The notes beneath the pieces were generated by a model, which saw only the letters and a program-made list of their open reading frames with translations, was not told where the DNA came from and made no database searches. From assembly GCA_045544455.1 (NCBI GenBank), contig JAZPYZ010000022.1:8819-72818 (forward strand): a DNA stretch of 64,000 nt, written 5' to 3'. The DNA comes from Acutalibacteraceae bacterium (GTDB taxonomy: Bacteria; Bacillota; Clostridia; Oscillospirales; Acutalibacteraceae). Of the stretch, positions 26,893 to 35,643 are shown one piece after another; position 1 is the first letter of the stretch, and each line of letters opens with the position of its first letter. The position numbers and the translations under genes were made by a program.

Positions 26893-27642
26893 ATGTTATG
26901 CGTGATGGTCCTGTCCCCAACCGGCCGATACGGGCGAGTAACCACGGCGGTACGCACCTTGAACCACACCCCGTATCGATTGATCGCGGTATCACCGCAA
27001 AAAGACGGCGGTATCGCGTGGGACAAGGTGCGCCGACACGTCGGTGACGACACACTGGTATTGCCGCGTGGTGTGGTGCCGCCGTCCCGATACGGGTTGC
27101 GCGTATTTACCGGCACGGCGTTGCGGCGAATCTGGATGCTGGCGGCGGCCGAAACCTTGCTTGCCCCCACACCACCGGCCAAGCGAACGGTCGCGCTATA
27201 CGATGCGAACGCGCGGTATCCGTCGGTCGCGCTCGCGCTCGCGCCGCAGGTGGGTGAATTGTTGATCGTGACCGATCGGCGCGGCGGTTTTGATACGGTT
27301 TCGCGCACCCTCATGCACCGGTACGGGGCGGCGATCTCGTTTGTCGCGCCGGACACGGCCAAACACGCCTTGATCGGGGTGGCGCCGGCCGGTTTGACGG
27401 TAAACCTTCCGCGTCCGACCGTCACCTTGTCGGGTGCGCCGTGCGACCTATCCGGTGTGTTTGACGGGTATCTGCCGCCGCCGGCATTTTGTGTCGAAGA
27501 CGCCACGCCGTCCCTCTACGATGCGTTGTATCAAGTCGCCTATCGGCGCGAACTCGCCGCTTGTGTGCCGGTGGCGGCGGTATCGGGCACGAAATTGCTG
27601 TCGATTGCCGCGGCAGGTCTTGACATCGCACGGTCGGTTTAG
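26893..27642 (+). CDS. Hypothetical cytoplasmic protein (no recognisable family)
   Basis: ORF 26860..27642. Start moved to ATG 26893 (MLCVMVLSP), behind AAAGGAGAA. Codon choice (ttg, gcg, ccg, acg) matches neighbouring genes. The opposite strand is also open (26823..27506) but lacks an RBS. Confidence 0.55.
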   Translation: MLCVMVLSPTGRYGRVTTAVRTLNHTPYRLIAVSPQKDGGIAWDKVRRHVGDDTLVLPRGVVPPSRYGLRVFTGTALRRIWMLAAAETLLAPTPPAKRTVALYDANARYPSVALALAPQVGELLIVTDRRGGFDTVSRTLMHRYGAAISFVAPDTAKHALIGVAPAGLTVNLPRPTVTLSGAPCDLSGVFDGYLPPPAFCVEDATPSLYDALYQVAYRRELAACVPVAAVSGTKLLSIAAAGLDIARSV

Positions 27643-27648
27643 TATAAT
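27620..27648 (+). promoter_or_regulatory. Sigma-A consensus promoter for greA
   Basis: TTGACA (27620-27625), 17 nt, TATAAT (27643-27648). The -10 box begins immediately after the upstream ORF's stop codon. Confidence 0.7.
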
Positions 27649-27685
27649 ACCTTATAACTGTTGAAACGAAAGGGCAGATGAAAAG

Positions 27686-28162
27686 ATGGCAACCAAACAA
27701 ACCGTCATCACCGACGAAGGGTTAAAGAAACTCGAACAGGAACTCGAATTTTTGAAAACCGTCAAACGTAAAGAAGTGGCGGAGAAGATCAAAGTGGCGT
27801 TGTCGTTCGGCGACTTGTCCGAAAACAGCGAATATGACGAAGCGAAAAACGATCAGGCGATTCTCGAAGGCCGGATTGCGGAAATCGAAAATCAACTGAA
27901 AAACGTGCGCGTGCTCGATGAAAGCGAACTCACCACCGAAAAGATCCATATCGGTTCGAAAATCAAGATCCAGGACATGGACGATGACGAGGTGTACGAA
28001 TATAAGATTGTCGGTTCGACCGAGTCCGATCCCGTAAAAGGCTTGATCTCGGATGAAGCGCCGGTGGGCAAAGGTCTACTGGACCACAAGGTCGGCGACG
28101 TGGTAGAGATCGAAATTCCGAACGGACTGGCAAAATACAAAGTGTTAGAGATTTCGAAATAA
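27686..28162 (+). CDS. greA: Transcription elongation factor GreA
   Basis: 158 aa: TDEGLKKLEQELEFLK...SENSEYDEAKNDQA...ISDEAPVGKGLLDHKVGDVVEI. Confidence 0.95.
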   Translation: MATKQTVITDEGLKKLEQELEFLKTVKRKEVAEKIKVALSFGDLSENSEYDEAKNDQAILEGRIAEIENQLKNVRVLDESELTTEKIHIGSKIKIQDMDDDEVYEYKIVGSTESDPVKGLISDEAPVGKGLLDHKVGDVVEIEIPNGLAKYKVLEISK

Positions 28163-28172
28163 TAACGGCCGT

Positions 28173-28200
28173 AAAACGGGTGCGATACGGCACCCGTTTT
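28173..28200 (+). terminator. Hairpin between greA and lysS (terminator/attenuator)
   Basis: aaaacgggtg-cgatacgg-cacccgtttt. Confidence 0.6.
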
Positions 28201-28220
28201 GGCTTTGAGGAGAGAACATC

Positions 28221-29732
28221 ATGAGCGAACAAACTGTACCGGTAACCGAAACGCCCGAAATGACCGAACAGCAGTTATCCGAACTGTTGCAGGTGCGTCG
28301 GGACAAGCTGGCCGCGTTGAAAGAGGCCGGTTGTGATCCGTTTACCGTGACGAAATACGACGTGACCGCCCACAACGCGGATATCCGCGCGAATTTCGAT
28401 GAGATGGACGGCACTACCGTGTCGATCGCCGGCCGGATGATGAGCCGCCGGATCATGGGTAAAGCGAGCTTTATGGATCTGCGTGACGGTACCGACCGCA
28501 TGCAGGTGTACGTTCGTCGGGACGACGTCGGCGAAGACGTGTATGCCGGGTTTAAAAAATTCGACGTGGGCGATATTCTGGGTATCACCGGCACCGTGTT
28601 CCGCACCCAAAAAGGGGAAATTTCGGTACACGCGACCGGCGTGACGTTGTTGTCGAAATCGTTGTTGCCGTTACCGGAAAAATTCCACGGACTGAGAGAT
28701 ACCGATATTCGGTATCGTCAACGGTATCTCGACCTGATCGTGAACCCGGAAGTGCGCGACACCTTTGTCAAACGTAGCCGGATCATGAAAGAACTGCGCG
28801 CGTATCTCGACGATCGCGGATTCCTGGAGGTCGATACCCCCATTTTGGTGCCGTTGGAGATCGGGGCGGCGGCGCGCCCGTTTGCCACCCACCACAACAC
28901 GCTCGATATGGATATGTATCTGCGGATCGAGACCGAACTGTACCTCAAACGGCTGATCGTCGGCGGTATGGAACGGGTGTATGAAGTGGGGCGTATCTTC
29001 CGTAACGAAGGCATGGACACCAAACACAACCCGGAATTCACCACCATTGAGTTGTACCAAGCCTATACCGACTACAAAGGTATGATGGATCTGGTGGAAG
29101 ACATGTATCGCACCGTGACCAAAAACATCTGCGGCGACCTGACCATCACCTATCAAGGGACCGAGATCAACATGGACAAGTGGGAACGCCTGACCATGGT
29201 GGAAGCGGTTAAGAAATATGCCGGCGTGGACTATTATGACTGGGCATCGGACGAAGAAGCCCGTGCCATCGCGAAAGCCAAACACGTGGACGTGCCGGCC
29301 GATGCGACAAAAGGCACCGTGTTGATCGAATTGTTTGACGAATACGTCGAGAAGAACTTGATTCAACCGACCTTTATCTACGATTATCCGGTTGAAAACA
29401 GTCCGTTGGCGAAACGGAAACCCGACGAACCGGCGTTTACCGAACGGTTTGAGTATTTTATCAACGCGACCGAGTTCGGCAACGCGTTCAGTGAACTCAA
29501 CGATCCGATCGATCAAAAAGAACGGTTTGAGAAACAAGTTGCTGCCAAACGCGCCGAAGATCCGAATACCAAAGCGGAAGTGGATTATGACTACGTCACC
29601 GCGTTGGAATACGGCCTTGCGCCGACCGGCGGTTTAGGGTTCGGCGTGGACCGGTTGGTCATGTTGTTGACCGATTCGGCCTCCATCCGCGACGTGCTCC
29701 TGTTCCCCACCATGAAACCTCTTTCAGAGTAA
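28221..29732 (+). CDS. lysS: Lysine--tRNA ligase (class II)
   Basis: 503 aa. Class II motifs FRNEGMDTKHNPEFTTIELY and GGLGFGVDRLVMLLT. Confidence 0.95.
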   Translation: MSEQTVPVTETPEMTEQQLSELLQVRRDKLAALKEAGCDPFTVTKYDVTAHNADIRANFDEMDGTTVSIAGRMMSRRIMGKASFMDLRDGTDRMQVYVRRDDVGEDVYAGFKKFDVGDILGITGTVFRTQKGEISVHATGVTLLSKSLLPLPEKFHGLRDTDIRYRQRYLDLIVNPEVRDTFVKRSRIMKELRAYLDDRGFLEVDTPILVPLEIGAAARPFATHHNTLDMDMYLRIETELYLKRLIVGGMERVYEVGRIFRNEGMDTKHNPEFTTIELYQAYTDYKGMMDLVEDMYRTVTKNICGDLTITYQGTEINMDKWERLTMVEAVKKYAGVDYYDWASDEEARAIAKAKHVDVPADATKGTVLIELFDEYVEKNLIQPTFIYDYPVENSPLAKRKPDEPAFTERFEYFINATEFGNAFSELNDPIDQKERFEKQVAAKRAEDPNTKAEVDYDYVTALEYGLAPTGGLGFGVDRLVMLLTDSASIRDVLLFPTMKPLSE

Positions 29733-29738
29733 AAACGT

Positions 29739-29775
29739 GCCGCAAACGCTTATTTCACAGCGTTTGCGGCTTTTT
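29739..29775 (+). terminator. Intrinsic terminator of lysS
   Basis: gccgcaaacgct-tatttcac-agcgtttgcggc followed by ttttt. Confidence 0.85.
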
Positions 29776-29897
29776 ATTGCTTGCTTTTTTCTTTACAATC
29801 GCGGATGGGATATGCTATGATGAACTAAATTGACCGATGGGACGATGTTGCCGTTAAAATGCGGCGGGTTTCCCGGCAAAACAAGGAGGAACACCTT

Positions 29898-31028
29898 ATG
29901 AAAACCGACGAGAAGAATACCGGCGTTTGTCCGCAACGTGCCTTGTCTGCTTTTCAATTAGACGGCGTGGTGGAAAATGTTGCGCGATACGGAAGCGGAC
30001 TGATCAACGACACGTTTTTGGTTACCGTTCGCCAAGCAAACGGGAAAAGCCGGCGATTGATTTTGCAGCGGTTGAATCCACTTGTTTTCCCGAAACCCGA
30101 AGACGTTATGCACAATATTTTAGGGGTAACGTCGTTTCTGCGCGAACGAATCCTGGAACACGGCGGCGATCCGGAACGGGAAACGTTAACGCTTCTGTTA
30201 TCAAACGACAACCAGCCGTTTTGGGTGGATGAACAAGGGTTATACTGGCGAGGATACCTATTTATCGAAAGAACGACCAGTTATGACCGGGTGGAGAATC
30301 CGGACGTGTTTTACCAAAGCGCGGTTGCGTTTGGGAACTTTCAGCGGTTGCTGGCCGATTATCCGGCCGCTACGCTTCATGAGACCATTCCCGGATTTCA
30401 CGATACGCGAGCGCGGTTTAACATGTTTAAAACCGCGGTGGAACAAGACGTATGCGGCCGGGCTTCTTCGGTAAAAGAAGAGATTGATTTTTACATGTCG
30501 CGCGAGAACGTCGCTCACGTGTTTGGGGACCTGTTGGATAAAGGCGAATTGCCGATTCGCGTGACGCATAACGATACCAAACTCAACAACGTGCTGTTGG
30601 ACAGCGACACGCGCCAAGGGGTTTGTGTGATCGATTTAGATACGGTGATGCCGGGCCTTGCGATGAACGATTTCGGCGATTCGATTCGATTTGGCGCCAA
30701 CACCGCCGCCGAAGACGAACGCGATTTGGACAAGGTGTGGTGTGACCTGGCGTTGTTTGAAATCTATACCAAAGGGTTTATAGAAGGTTGCGGCGGCCGG
30801 TTGACCGAACCGGAAATCGACCTTCTACCGATGGGGGCCAAGATCATGACCTATGAATGTGGGTTGCGCTTTTTGACCGATTATCTCCAAGGAGACGTGT
30901 ATTTTAAAACACAACGGGAAGGTCAAAACCTGGATCGGGCACGCACCCATATGAAACTGGTGCAGGATATGGAAAACAAGTGGGAACAGATGGTCGCGAT
31001 CGTGGATACCTATCGTGGTCAACGGTAA
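29898..31028 (+). CDS. N-acetylhexosamine 1-kinase-like phosphotransferase (NahK/APH fold)
   Basis: ORF 29859..31028. Start moved to ATG 29898, behind AAGGAGGAA. Blocks RVTHNDTKLNNVLLD, IDLDTVMPG, DFGDSIRFGANTAAEDERDLDKV and ECGLRFLTDYLQGDVYF match my recollection of Bifidobacterium NahK closely. Confidence 0.8.
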   Translation: MKTDEKNTGVCPQRALSAFQLDGVVENVARYGSGLINDTFLVTVRQANGKSRRLILQRLNPLVFPKPEDVMHNILGVTSFLRERILEHGGDPERETLTLLLSNDNQPFWVDEQGLYWRGYLFIERTTSYDRVENPDVFYQSAVAFGNFQRLLADYPAATLHETIPGFHDTRARFNMFKTAVEQDVCGRASSVKEEIDFYMSRENVAHVFGDLLDKGELPIRVTHNDTKLNNVLLDSDTRQGVCVIDLDTVMPGLAMNDFGDSIRFGANTAAEDERDLDKVWCDLALFEIYTKGFIEGCGGRLTEPEIDLLPMGAKIMTYECGLRFLTDYLQGDVYFKTQREGQNLDRARTHMKLVQDMENKWEQMVAIVDTYRGQR

Positions 31029-31052
31029 CGCACCGTCGTTTGGAGTAAGAGT

Positions 31053-31670
31053 ATGTTGTATCGTGTAAAACAGATTGCCGACAGAGCCCTTGTGGAACAG
31101 TGCGAGCGCTTTGACATACAGCGCTACCAGTGGCACAGCAAACAAGAACCGCGCACCTACGGATGGATGGGATACCTGGACGGAGAGGGGTTGTTTGTGA
31201 AAATGGTTTGCGAGGAAACCAACCCCAAACGAGTATACACCCACCACAAAGATCCGGTTTATCGGGACAGTGCCATGGAAATCTTTTTGGCGTTTTTAAA
31301 ACCGCAAGAACCGTTAACCAACGCCTGTATGTACACCAATTTTGAAATCAACGCCAACGCTGCCATGTTGGCTAATTATGGGGCCGGTCGAGAACATCGG
31401 TGTTTTATTTCGGATGAACAGTATAAACAAACCGGTGTCACGGCCACCATACACGAAGACCGGTGGAGTGTAGAGGCGTTGTTTCCGGAATCGTATTTAA
31501 ACGAGATTGGCGATTTTGAAGCGGTTAAAAAAGGGGCCGCGTTCTACTGTAATTTTTATAAAATCTCCGAATCGGACGAGATTTTGCATTTTGGCAGTTA
31601 TTCGCCGATAGCGAGTGAGACACCCAACTTTCATCTGCCGGTGTGTTTTGCCAAAGCGCGTATCGTATAA
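31053..31670 (+). CDS. Cytoplasmic CBM9/DOMON-like protein (tentative)
   Basis: 205-aa ORF with no signal peptide. The pattern DSAMEIFLAF...NFEINANAAML...FYCNFYKI recalls carbohydrate-binding family 9-like proteins. Weak call. Confidence 0.5.
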   Translation: MLYRVKQIADRALVEQCERFDIQRYQWHSKQEPRTYGWMGYLDGEGLFVKMVCEETNPKRVYTHHKDPVYRDSAMEIFLAFLKPQEPLTNACMYTNFEINANAAMLANYGAGREHRCFISDEQYKQTGVTATIHEDRWSVEALFPESYLNEIGDFEAVKKGAAFYCNFYKISESDEILHFGSYSPIASETPNFHLPVCFAKARIV

Positions 31671-31716
31671 CGGGTATGCGCTATCGGCGACCGTAACACA
31701 CCCGTGCATAAAACTA

Positions 31717-31763
31717 CATCAAAACCGGACGGTGACTGCGTGTGTCACCGTCCGGTTTTGATG
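31717..31763. terminator. Bidirectional terminator between convergent genes
   Basis: Perfect 20-bp stem catcaaaaccggacggtgac / gtcaccgtccggttttgatg with a 7-nt loop. Confidence 0.8.
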
Positions 31764-31774
31764 TGAGGGGACTG

Positions 31775-32494
31775 TCAAAACGTGAGCGTGCCTTGCACCC
31801 TGGTCATCTTGACAAACTGATATTTCGCCATGGTATACTGCCCGGACGTGCCGCCATCTCCTATGGAAAAGGAAATGTACGATTCGCTGTTTCCGGCGTT
31901 CAACGTGCCAAGTTGTTCGTCAAACACGTCGATCGGCTCACCTATAACGCAGCTCTTGCTCGGCACATCATACGTTACCTCACAATGACTTTGATGAATT
32001 AGATATTCGCAAGCAACGTCTGCATTGCACACATCTCGATACTCCGGTTTTAAATTAAAACTGATCCGTATACCAAAAAATGCGGTTGGTTCTCCAAAGG
32101 CATTTTCTTTCCAATCCACCCACTCGTACACTTCGAAATACTGCTCCCAGTTGTCGAGCGTAATCGCAACCTCGCCACCTGTTTTATCGCAACGCGAACA
32201 CGCGCCGTTTACATAATTGTGTCCCAACGCCGAACCCTGAACATCGCCACACGAACAGATCGCCGGCTCCTCACACGTCGCGTCGGAATAGACGTGCGTG
32301 TGGGTGGTGGACGATTCTTCTTGGCTTGTCCTCTCACTTAGCGATGTGTTGATATCGGTTGCGCGATTGGTGGTGCTCAGGGTTATCGGTTGCCGGTCGG
32401 TGGTTTTGCCGGATGATATATCGGCTGCTTTATCACATGCCGACAACCCTATTAACAACCCAAGCCATACCGCTAATACCGCCACTCGCTTCAT
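31775..32494 (-). CDS. Lipoprotein with Cys/His-rich motif, unknown function
   Basis: ORF 31775..32623. Start moved to ATG 32494 (MKRVAVLAVWLGLLIGLSACDK, lipobox), behind GAGGAGGAGA. Motif HTHVYSDATCEEPAICSCGDVQGSALGHNYVNGACSRCDK. Confidence 0.7.
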   Translation of the reverse strand: MKRVAVLAVWLGLLIGLSACDKAADISSGKTTDRQPITLSTTNRATDINTSLSERTSQEESSTTHTHVYSDATCEEPAICSCGDVQGSALGHNYVNGACSRCDKTGGEVAITLDNWEQYFEVYEWVDWKENAFGEPTAFFGIRISFNLKPEYRDVCNADVACEYLIHQSHCEVTYDVPSKSCVIGEPIDVFDEQLGTLNAGNSESYISFSIGDGGTSGQYTMAKYQFVKMTRVQGTLTF

Positions 32495-32640
32495 CGTTTC
32501 TCCTCCTCGCAAATCTCTTGCCATCCCCATTATAACACAGGAGTTAACAGCCGGCAACCGGTGATGAAGCGGTTTGACACCTCTTGTTCTTTTTGGTATA
32601 CTGATGACATACGAATATAACAACGGGAGGACGATACGGC

Positions 32641-33522
32641 ATGAAACAAACGCGGCTATCCGAACTAAAAACGTTGCGTATCCAAAATTTCATCTGTTTG
32701 CTGGTAGCCGGTTTTATCAACGCGTTTGGCGTGATCATGTTTCTTGCGCCGGTCAAACTCTACGATAGCGGTATTTCGGGCAGTTCGATGCTGTTATCGC
32801 AACTCACCGACGGACACGTATCGTTATCGGTGTTTTTGTTGATTCTAAACGTGCCGTTGTTTTTATACGGACTAAAAAAACAAGGGGCGGCGTTTACCGT
32901 GTATTCCCTGTTTACGGTCGGGGTGTATTCCTTGTTCGCGTGGTTGATCACCGACGTATTGCCGATCGACGTGAGCATCGTATCGCCGCTGGCCGGCAAC
33001 GATTTGTTGCTGTGCGCGTTGTTTGGCGGCGTGATCTCCGGAATCGGGAGTGGGTTGACCATTCGGTTCGGCGGCGCGATCGATGGGATCGAGGTTATGG
33101 CGGTGATCTTTGCCAAGAAACTGAACGTGACGGTCGGTACCTTTGTCATGATCTACAACGTGATTTTGTATGTGATCGCCGGTATTGCGCGGCACAGTTG
33201 GGTGTTGCCGTTGTATTCGATCATCGCGTATGGGGCGGCATTGAAGACCGTCGACTTTATCGTGGAAGGGTTTGACCGGTCGAAAGAAGTGATGATCATC
33301 ACCGATACGCCGGACGAACTGATCGTGGCCTTGACCGAAACGTTTGGGCACGGCGCCACCAAGATCGCGGCCAAAGGCGGTTATTCCAACAAGGATAAAG
33401 CGGTCATTTATTTCGTGGTCAACCGGTTCGAGATCTCGCGGATGCGCGAACTGGTCCACACGATCGATCCGGCGGCGTATCTCACCATCAGCGAAGTGGC
33501 GGATGTCTTTAAAGGACAATAA
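32641..33522 (+). CDS. YitT-family membrane protein (DUF2179 C-terminal domain)
   Basis: 293 aa, 5-6 TM helices, then a soluble tail KAVIYFVVNRFEISRMRELVHTIDPAAYLTISEVADVFKG. Confidence 0.8.
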   Translation: MKQTRLSELKTLRIQNFICLLVAGFINAFGVIMFLAPVKLYDSGISGSSMLLSQLTDGHVSLSVFLLILNVPLFLYGLKKQGAAFTVYSLFTVGVYSLFAWLITDVLPIDVSIVSPLAGNDLLLCALFGGVISGIGSGLTIRFGGAIDGIEVMAVIFAKKLNVTVGTFVMIYNVILYVIAGIARHSWVLPLYSIIAYGAALKTVDFIVEGFDRSKEVMIITDTPDELIVALTETFGHGATKIAAKGGYSNKDKAVIYFVVNRFEISRMRELVHTIDPAAYLTISEVADVFKGQ

Positions 33523-33530
33523 CACCAACC

Positions 33531-33568
33531 AAAAAAACCGGTTCGGCCCATGCCGAACATCTTTTTTT
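33531..33568. terminator. Bidirectional terminator (yitT, plus strand / hexapeptide-repeat gene, minus strand)
   Basis: aaaaaaaccg gttcggc ccat gccgaac atcttttttt, with A/T runs on both sides. Confidence 0.7.
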
Positions 33569-33579
33569 AATGAAGATAC

Positions 33580-34254
33580 TTATCGCGGTTGTTTTTGAGC
33601 GACTTCGCCTTGCTTTTTATAGATGCTGGCGGCCGGTACAAAACCGCGCGGCGCGGACAACGGATAAATCTGACTGTTGGCGCCGATGACGGTACCGGGA
33701 TTGAGCACGCTGCCGCAACCGACTTCGACACAATCGCCGAGCATGGCACCCATCTTTTTCAGACCGGTTTCGATCTTTTCATCTCCGACACGGATGGCGA
33801 CCAGCGTTTTATCGCTTTTGACGTTCGAGGTGATCGAACCGGCACCCATATGCGACTTGAACCCTAAGATCGAGTCGCCGACGTAGTTGTAATGCGGCAC
33901 CTGCACGTTATCGAACAGGATGACGTTTTTAAGTTCGGTGGAGTTACCGACCACCGCGCCGGCACCGACCAACGCGTTACCGCGGATAAAGGCACCATGC
34001 CGCACTTCGGTTTCCGGCCCGATGATAACGTTCGCACCGATAAACGCGGTGGGCGCTACCTTCGCGGTGCGATGAATCCATACGGTGGGGGCGGTTTGTT
34101 CGTATTCGTCCGCCGGCAAGGTCGCGCCGAGTTCGGTGATAAAAGCACCGATCTTCGGCAAAGCTTCCCACGGGTAGGTGGTCTGCGCCAACAGCGGCGC
34201 GGCCGCCGTGTGAGACAGGTCGTACAGACGGCTGGTTTCGAGTTGTGCTTTCAT
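33580..34254 (-). CDS. Left-handed beta-helix (hexapeptide-repeat) protein, GlmU C-terminal-like
   Basis: 224 aa with repeated [LIV]G-x4 hexapeptides (AFIGANVIIGPETEVRHGAFIRGNALVGAGAVVGNSTELKNVILFDNVQV...). Starts 15 nt after the mnmE stop. Confidence 0.65.
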   Translation of the reverse strand: MKAQLETSRLYDLSHTAAAPLLAQTTYPWEALPKIGAFITELGATLPADEYEQTAPTVWIHRTAKVAPTAFIGANVIIGPETEVRHGAFIRGNALVGAGAVVGNSTELKNVILFDNVQVPHYNYVGDSILGFKSHMGAGSITSNVKSDKTLVAIRVGDEKIETGLKKMGAMLGDCVEVGCGSVLNPGTVIGANSQIYPLSAPRGFVPAASIYKKQGEVAQKQPR

Positions 34255-34269
34255 AACAATGTCCTCCCT

Positions 34270-35643
34270 TTATTTTCCTACGCAGAATCGCGCAAAAATA
34301 TCTTCAATAATCGCTTCGGACGCGCGTTCGCCGGTCAGTTCCCCGATCGCGCCGATCGCGCTATCGATACTGATCGCGGCGGCATCCGGTGTTAATCCGC
34401 TATCCAACGCAAACAACGCTTCGTCAACACCGGCACTCGCGCGCAAGGCGCAATCGCGTTGCCGTTCGGTCGCTAAGATCGGTTCGTCCCCGGTGATGCC
34501 GGCGATGCCGGTAACACGTGCGACCGCCGCGCTCAATTCCGCGATCCCGTCGCCGGTGACGGCGCTGAGTTTCACGGTATGTTCAAATGCGGTTTGAACC
34601 ACCGACGGATCCCACGCGGCGGCTTGATCGGTTTTGTTGATGATGGCGATAACAGGTTGTCCATCGAGTTGACGGATGAGATCGGTATCGTCGGCGATCA
34701 ACGGACGACTGCCGTCAAACACCGCCAAGATCAACGCGGCGTGTTTCATACGGGCGCGCGCACGCGCAATGCCGATCGATTCGACCTCGTCTTCCCCGTC
34801 GTGCAGGCCGGCGGTATCGGCTAACCGCAAGGTGACGTCACCGAGCCGCACCGTTTGTTCCACGATATCGCGGGTGGTGCCGGCGATCGGGGTGACGATA
34901 CTGCAATCGTAGCCGGTGAGTTGGTTCATCAAGGTAGATTTCCCCACGTTGGGACTGCCGACAATCACCGCATCCACCCCTTCACGAATAACGCGCCCGG
35001 CATCAAAGGTATCCAGTAACGCCGCAAGGCCGCTTTTCGCGGTGCGCAGGATGGATTGCAGTTCCTCAACCGGCAGGTCGGGGATATCGTCGTCGGGATA
35101 GTCGATAAACGCAGCAAAACCGGACGCCGCTTCGGTTAATTGCTGTTTGATGTCGGCCAACGCCCGATAGATCGCGCCTTCACGCGCGGCGGCCGCGGTT
35201 TTGACCGACAGTTGTCCGTCGGCGGCGATGACCTGCATCACCGCTTCGGCACCGGTGAGATCCATTTTGCCGTTGATAAAGGCGCGTTTGGTGAATTCCC
35301 CGGCGGTGGCAGGCCGCGCACCAGCGGCAATCGCCGCGCGTAACACCCGTTGTAACAAGTATATGCCGCCATGGCAAGAAAATTCAACAACCTCTTCTCC
35401 GGTATAACTGTGGGGCGCACGAAACACCAACGCCACACAATCGTCCAGGTCGCCGGTTTCGTCAAACACGTGCCCATATAACGCCGTATAGCCGGCGGCA
35501 TCCAGCAAAGACGATCCTTGTTTGGCCGGCCGGAACATCGAATTGGCGATTTGAACCGCGTTGTCGCCGGATAATCGCACCACGCCTAAACCGGCCGGTG
35601 CGGCCGGTGTCGCGATCGCCGCAATGGTCGTCTGCATGATCAT
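34270..35643 (-). CDS. mnmE: tRNA modification GTPase MnmE
   Basis: 457 aa. G1 GSPNVGKSTLMN, DTAG, terminal CVGK tetrapeptide. Its ATG overlaps the upstream stop (ATGA). Confidence 0.95.
   Translation of the reverse strand: MIMQTTIAAIATPAAPAGLGVVRLSGDNAVQIANSMFRPAKQGSSLLDAAGYTALYGHVFDETGDLDDCVALVFRAPHSYTGEEVVEFSCHGGIYLLQRVLRAAIAAGARPATAGEFTKRAFINGKMDLTGAEAVMQVIAADGQLSVKTAAAAREGAIYRALADIKQQLTEAASGFAAFIDYPDDDIPDLPVEELQSILRTAKSGLAALLDTFDAGRVIREGVDAVIVGSPNVGKSTLMNQLTGYDCSIVTPIAGTTRDIVEQTVRLGDVTLRLADTAGLHDGEDEVESIGIARARARMKHAALILAVFDGSRPLIADDTDLIRQLDGQPVIAIINKTDQAAAWDPSVVQTAFEHTVKLSAVTGDGIAELSAAVARVTGIAGITGDEPILATERQRDCALRASAGVDEALFALDSGLTPDAAAISIDSAIGAIGELTGERASEAIIEDIFARFCVGK

Noticed and set aside
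26823-27506. 227-aa minus-strand ORF overlapping the hypothetical gene upstream of greA.
   Set aside because: It has no RBS and an Arg/Thr/Pro/Ser-rich composition. The plus-strand frame has AAAGGAGAA + ATG and genome-typical codons. I kept only the plus-strand call, at modest confidence.
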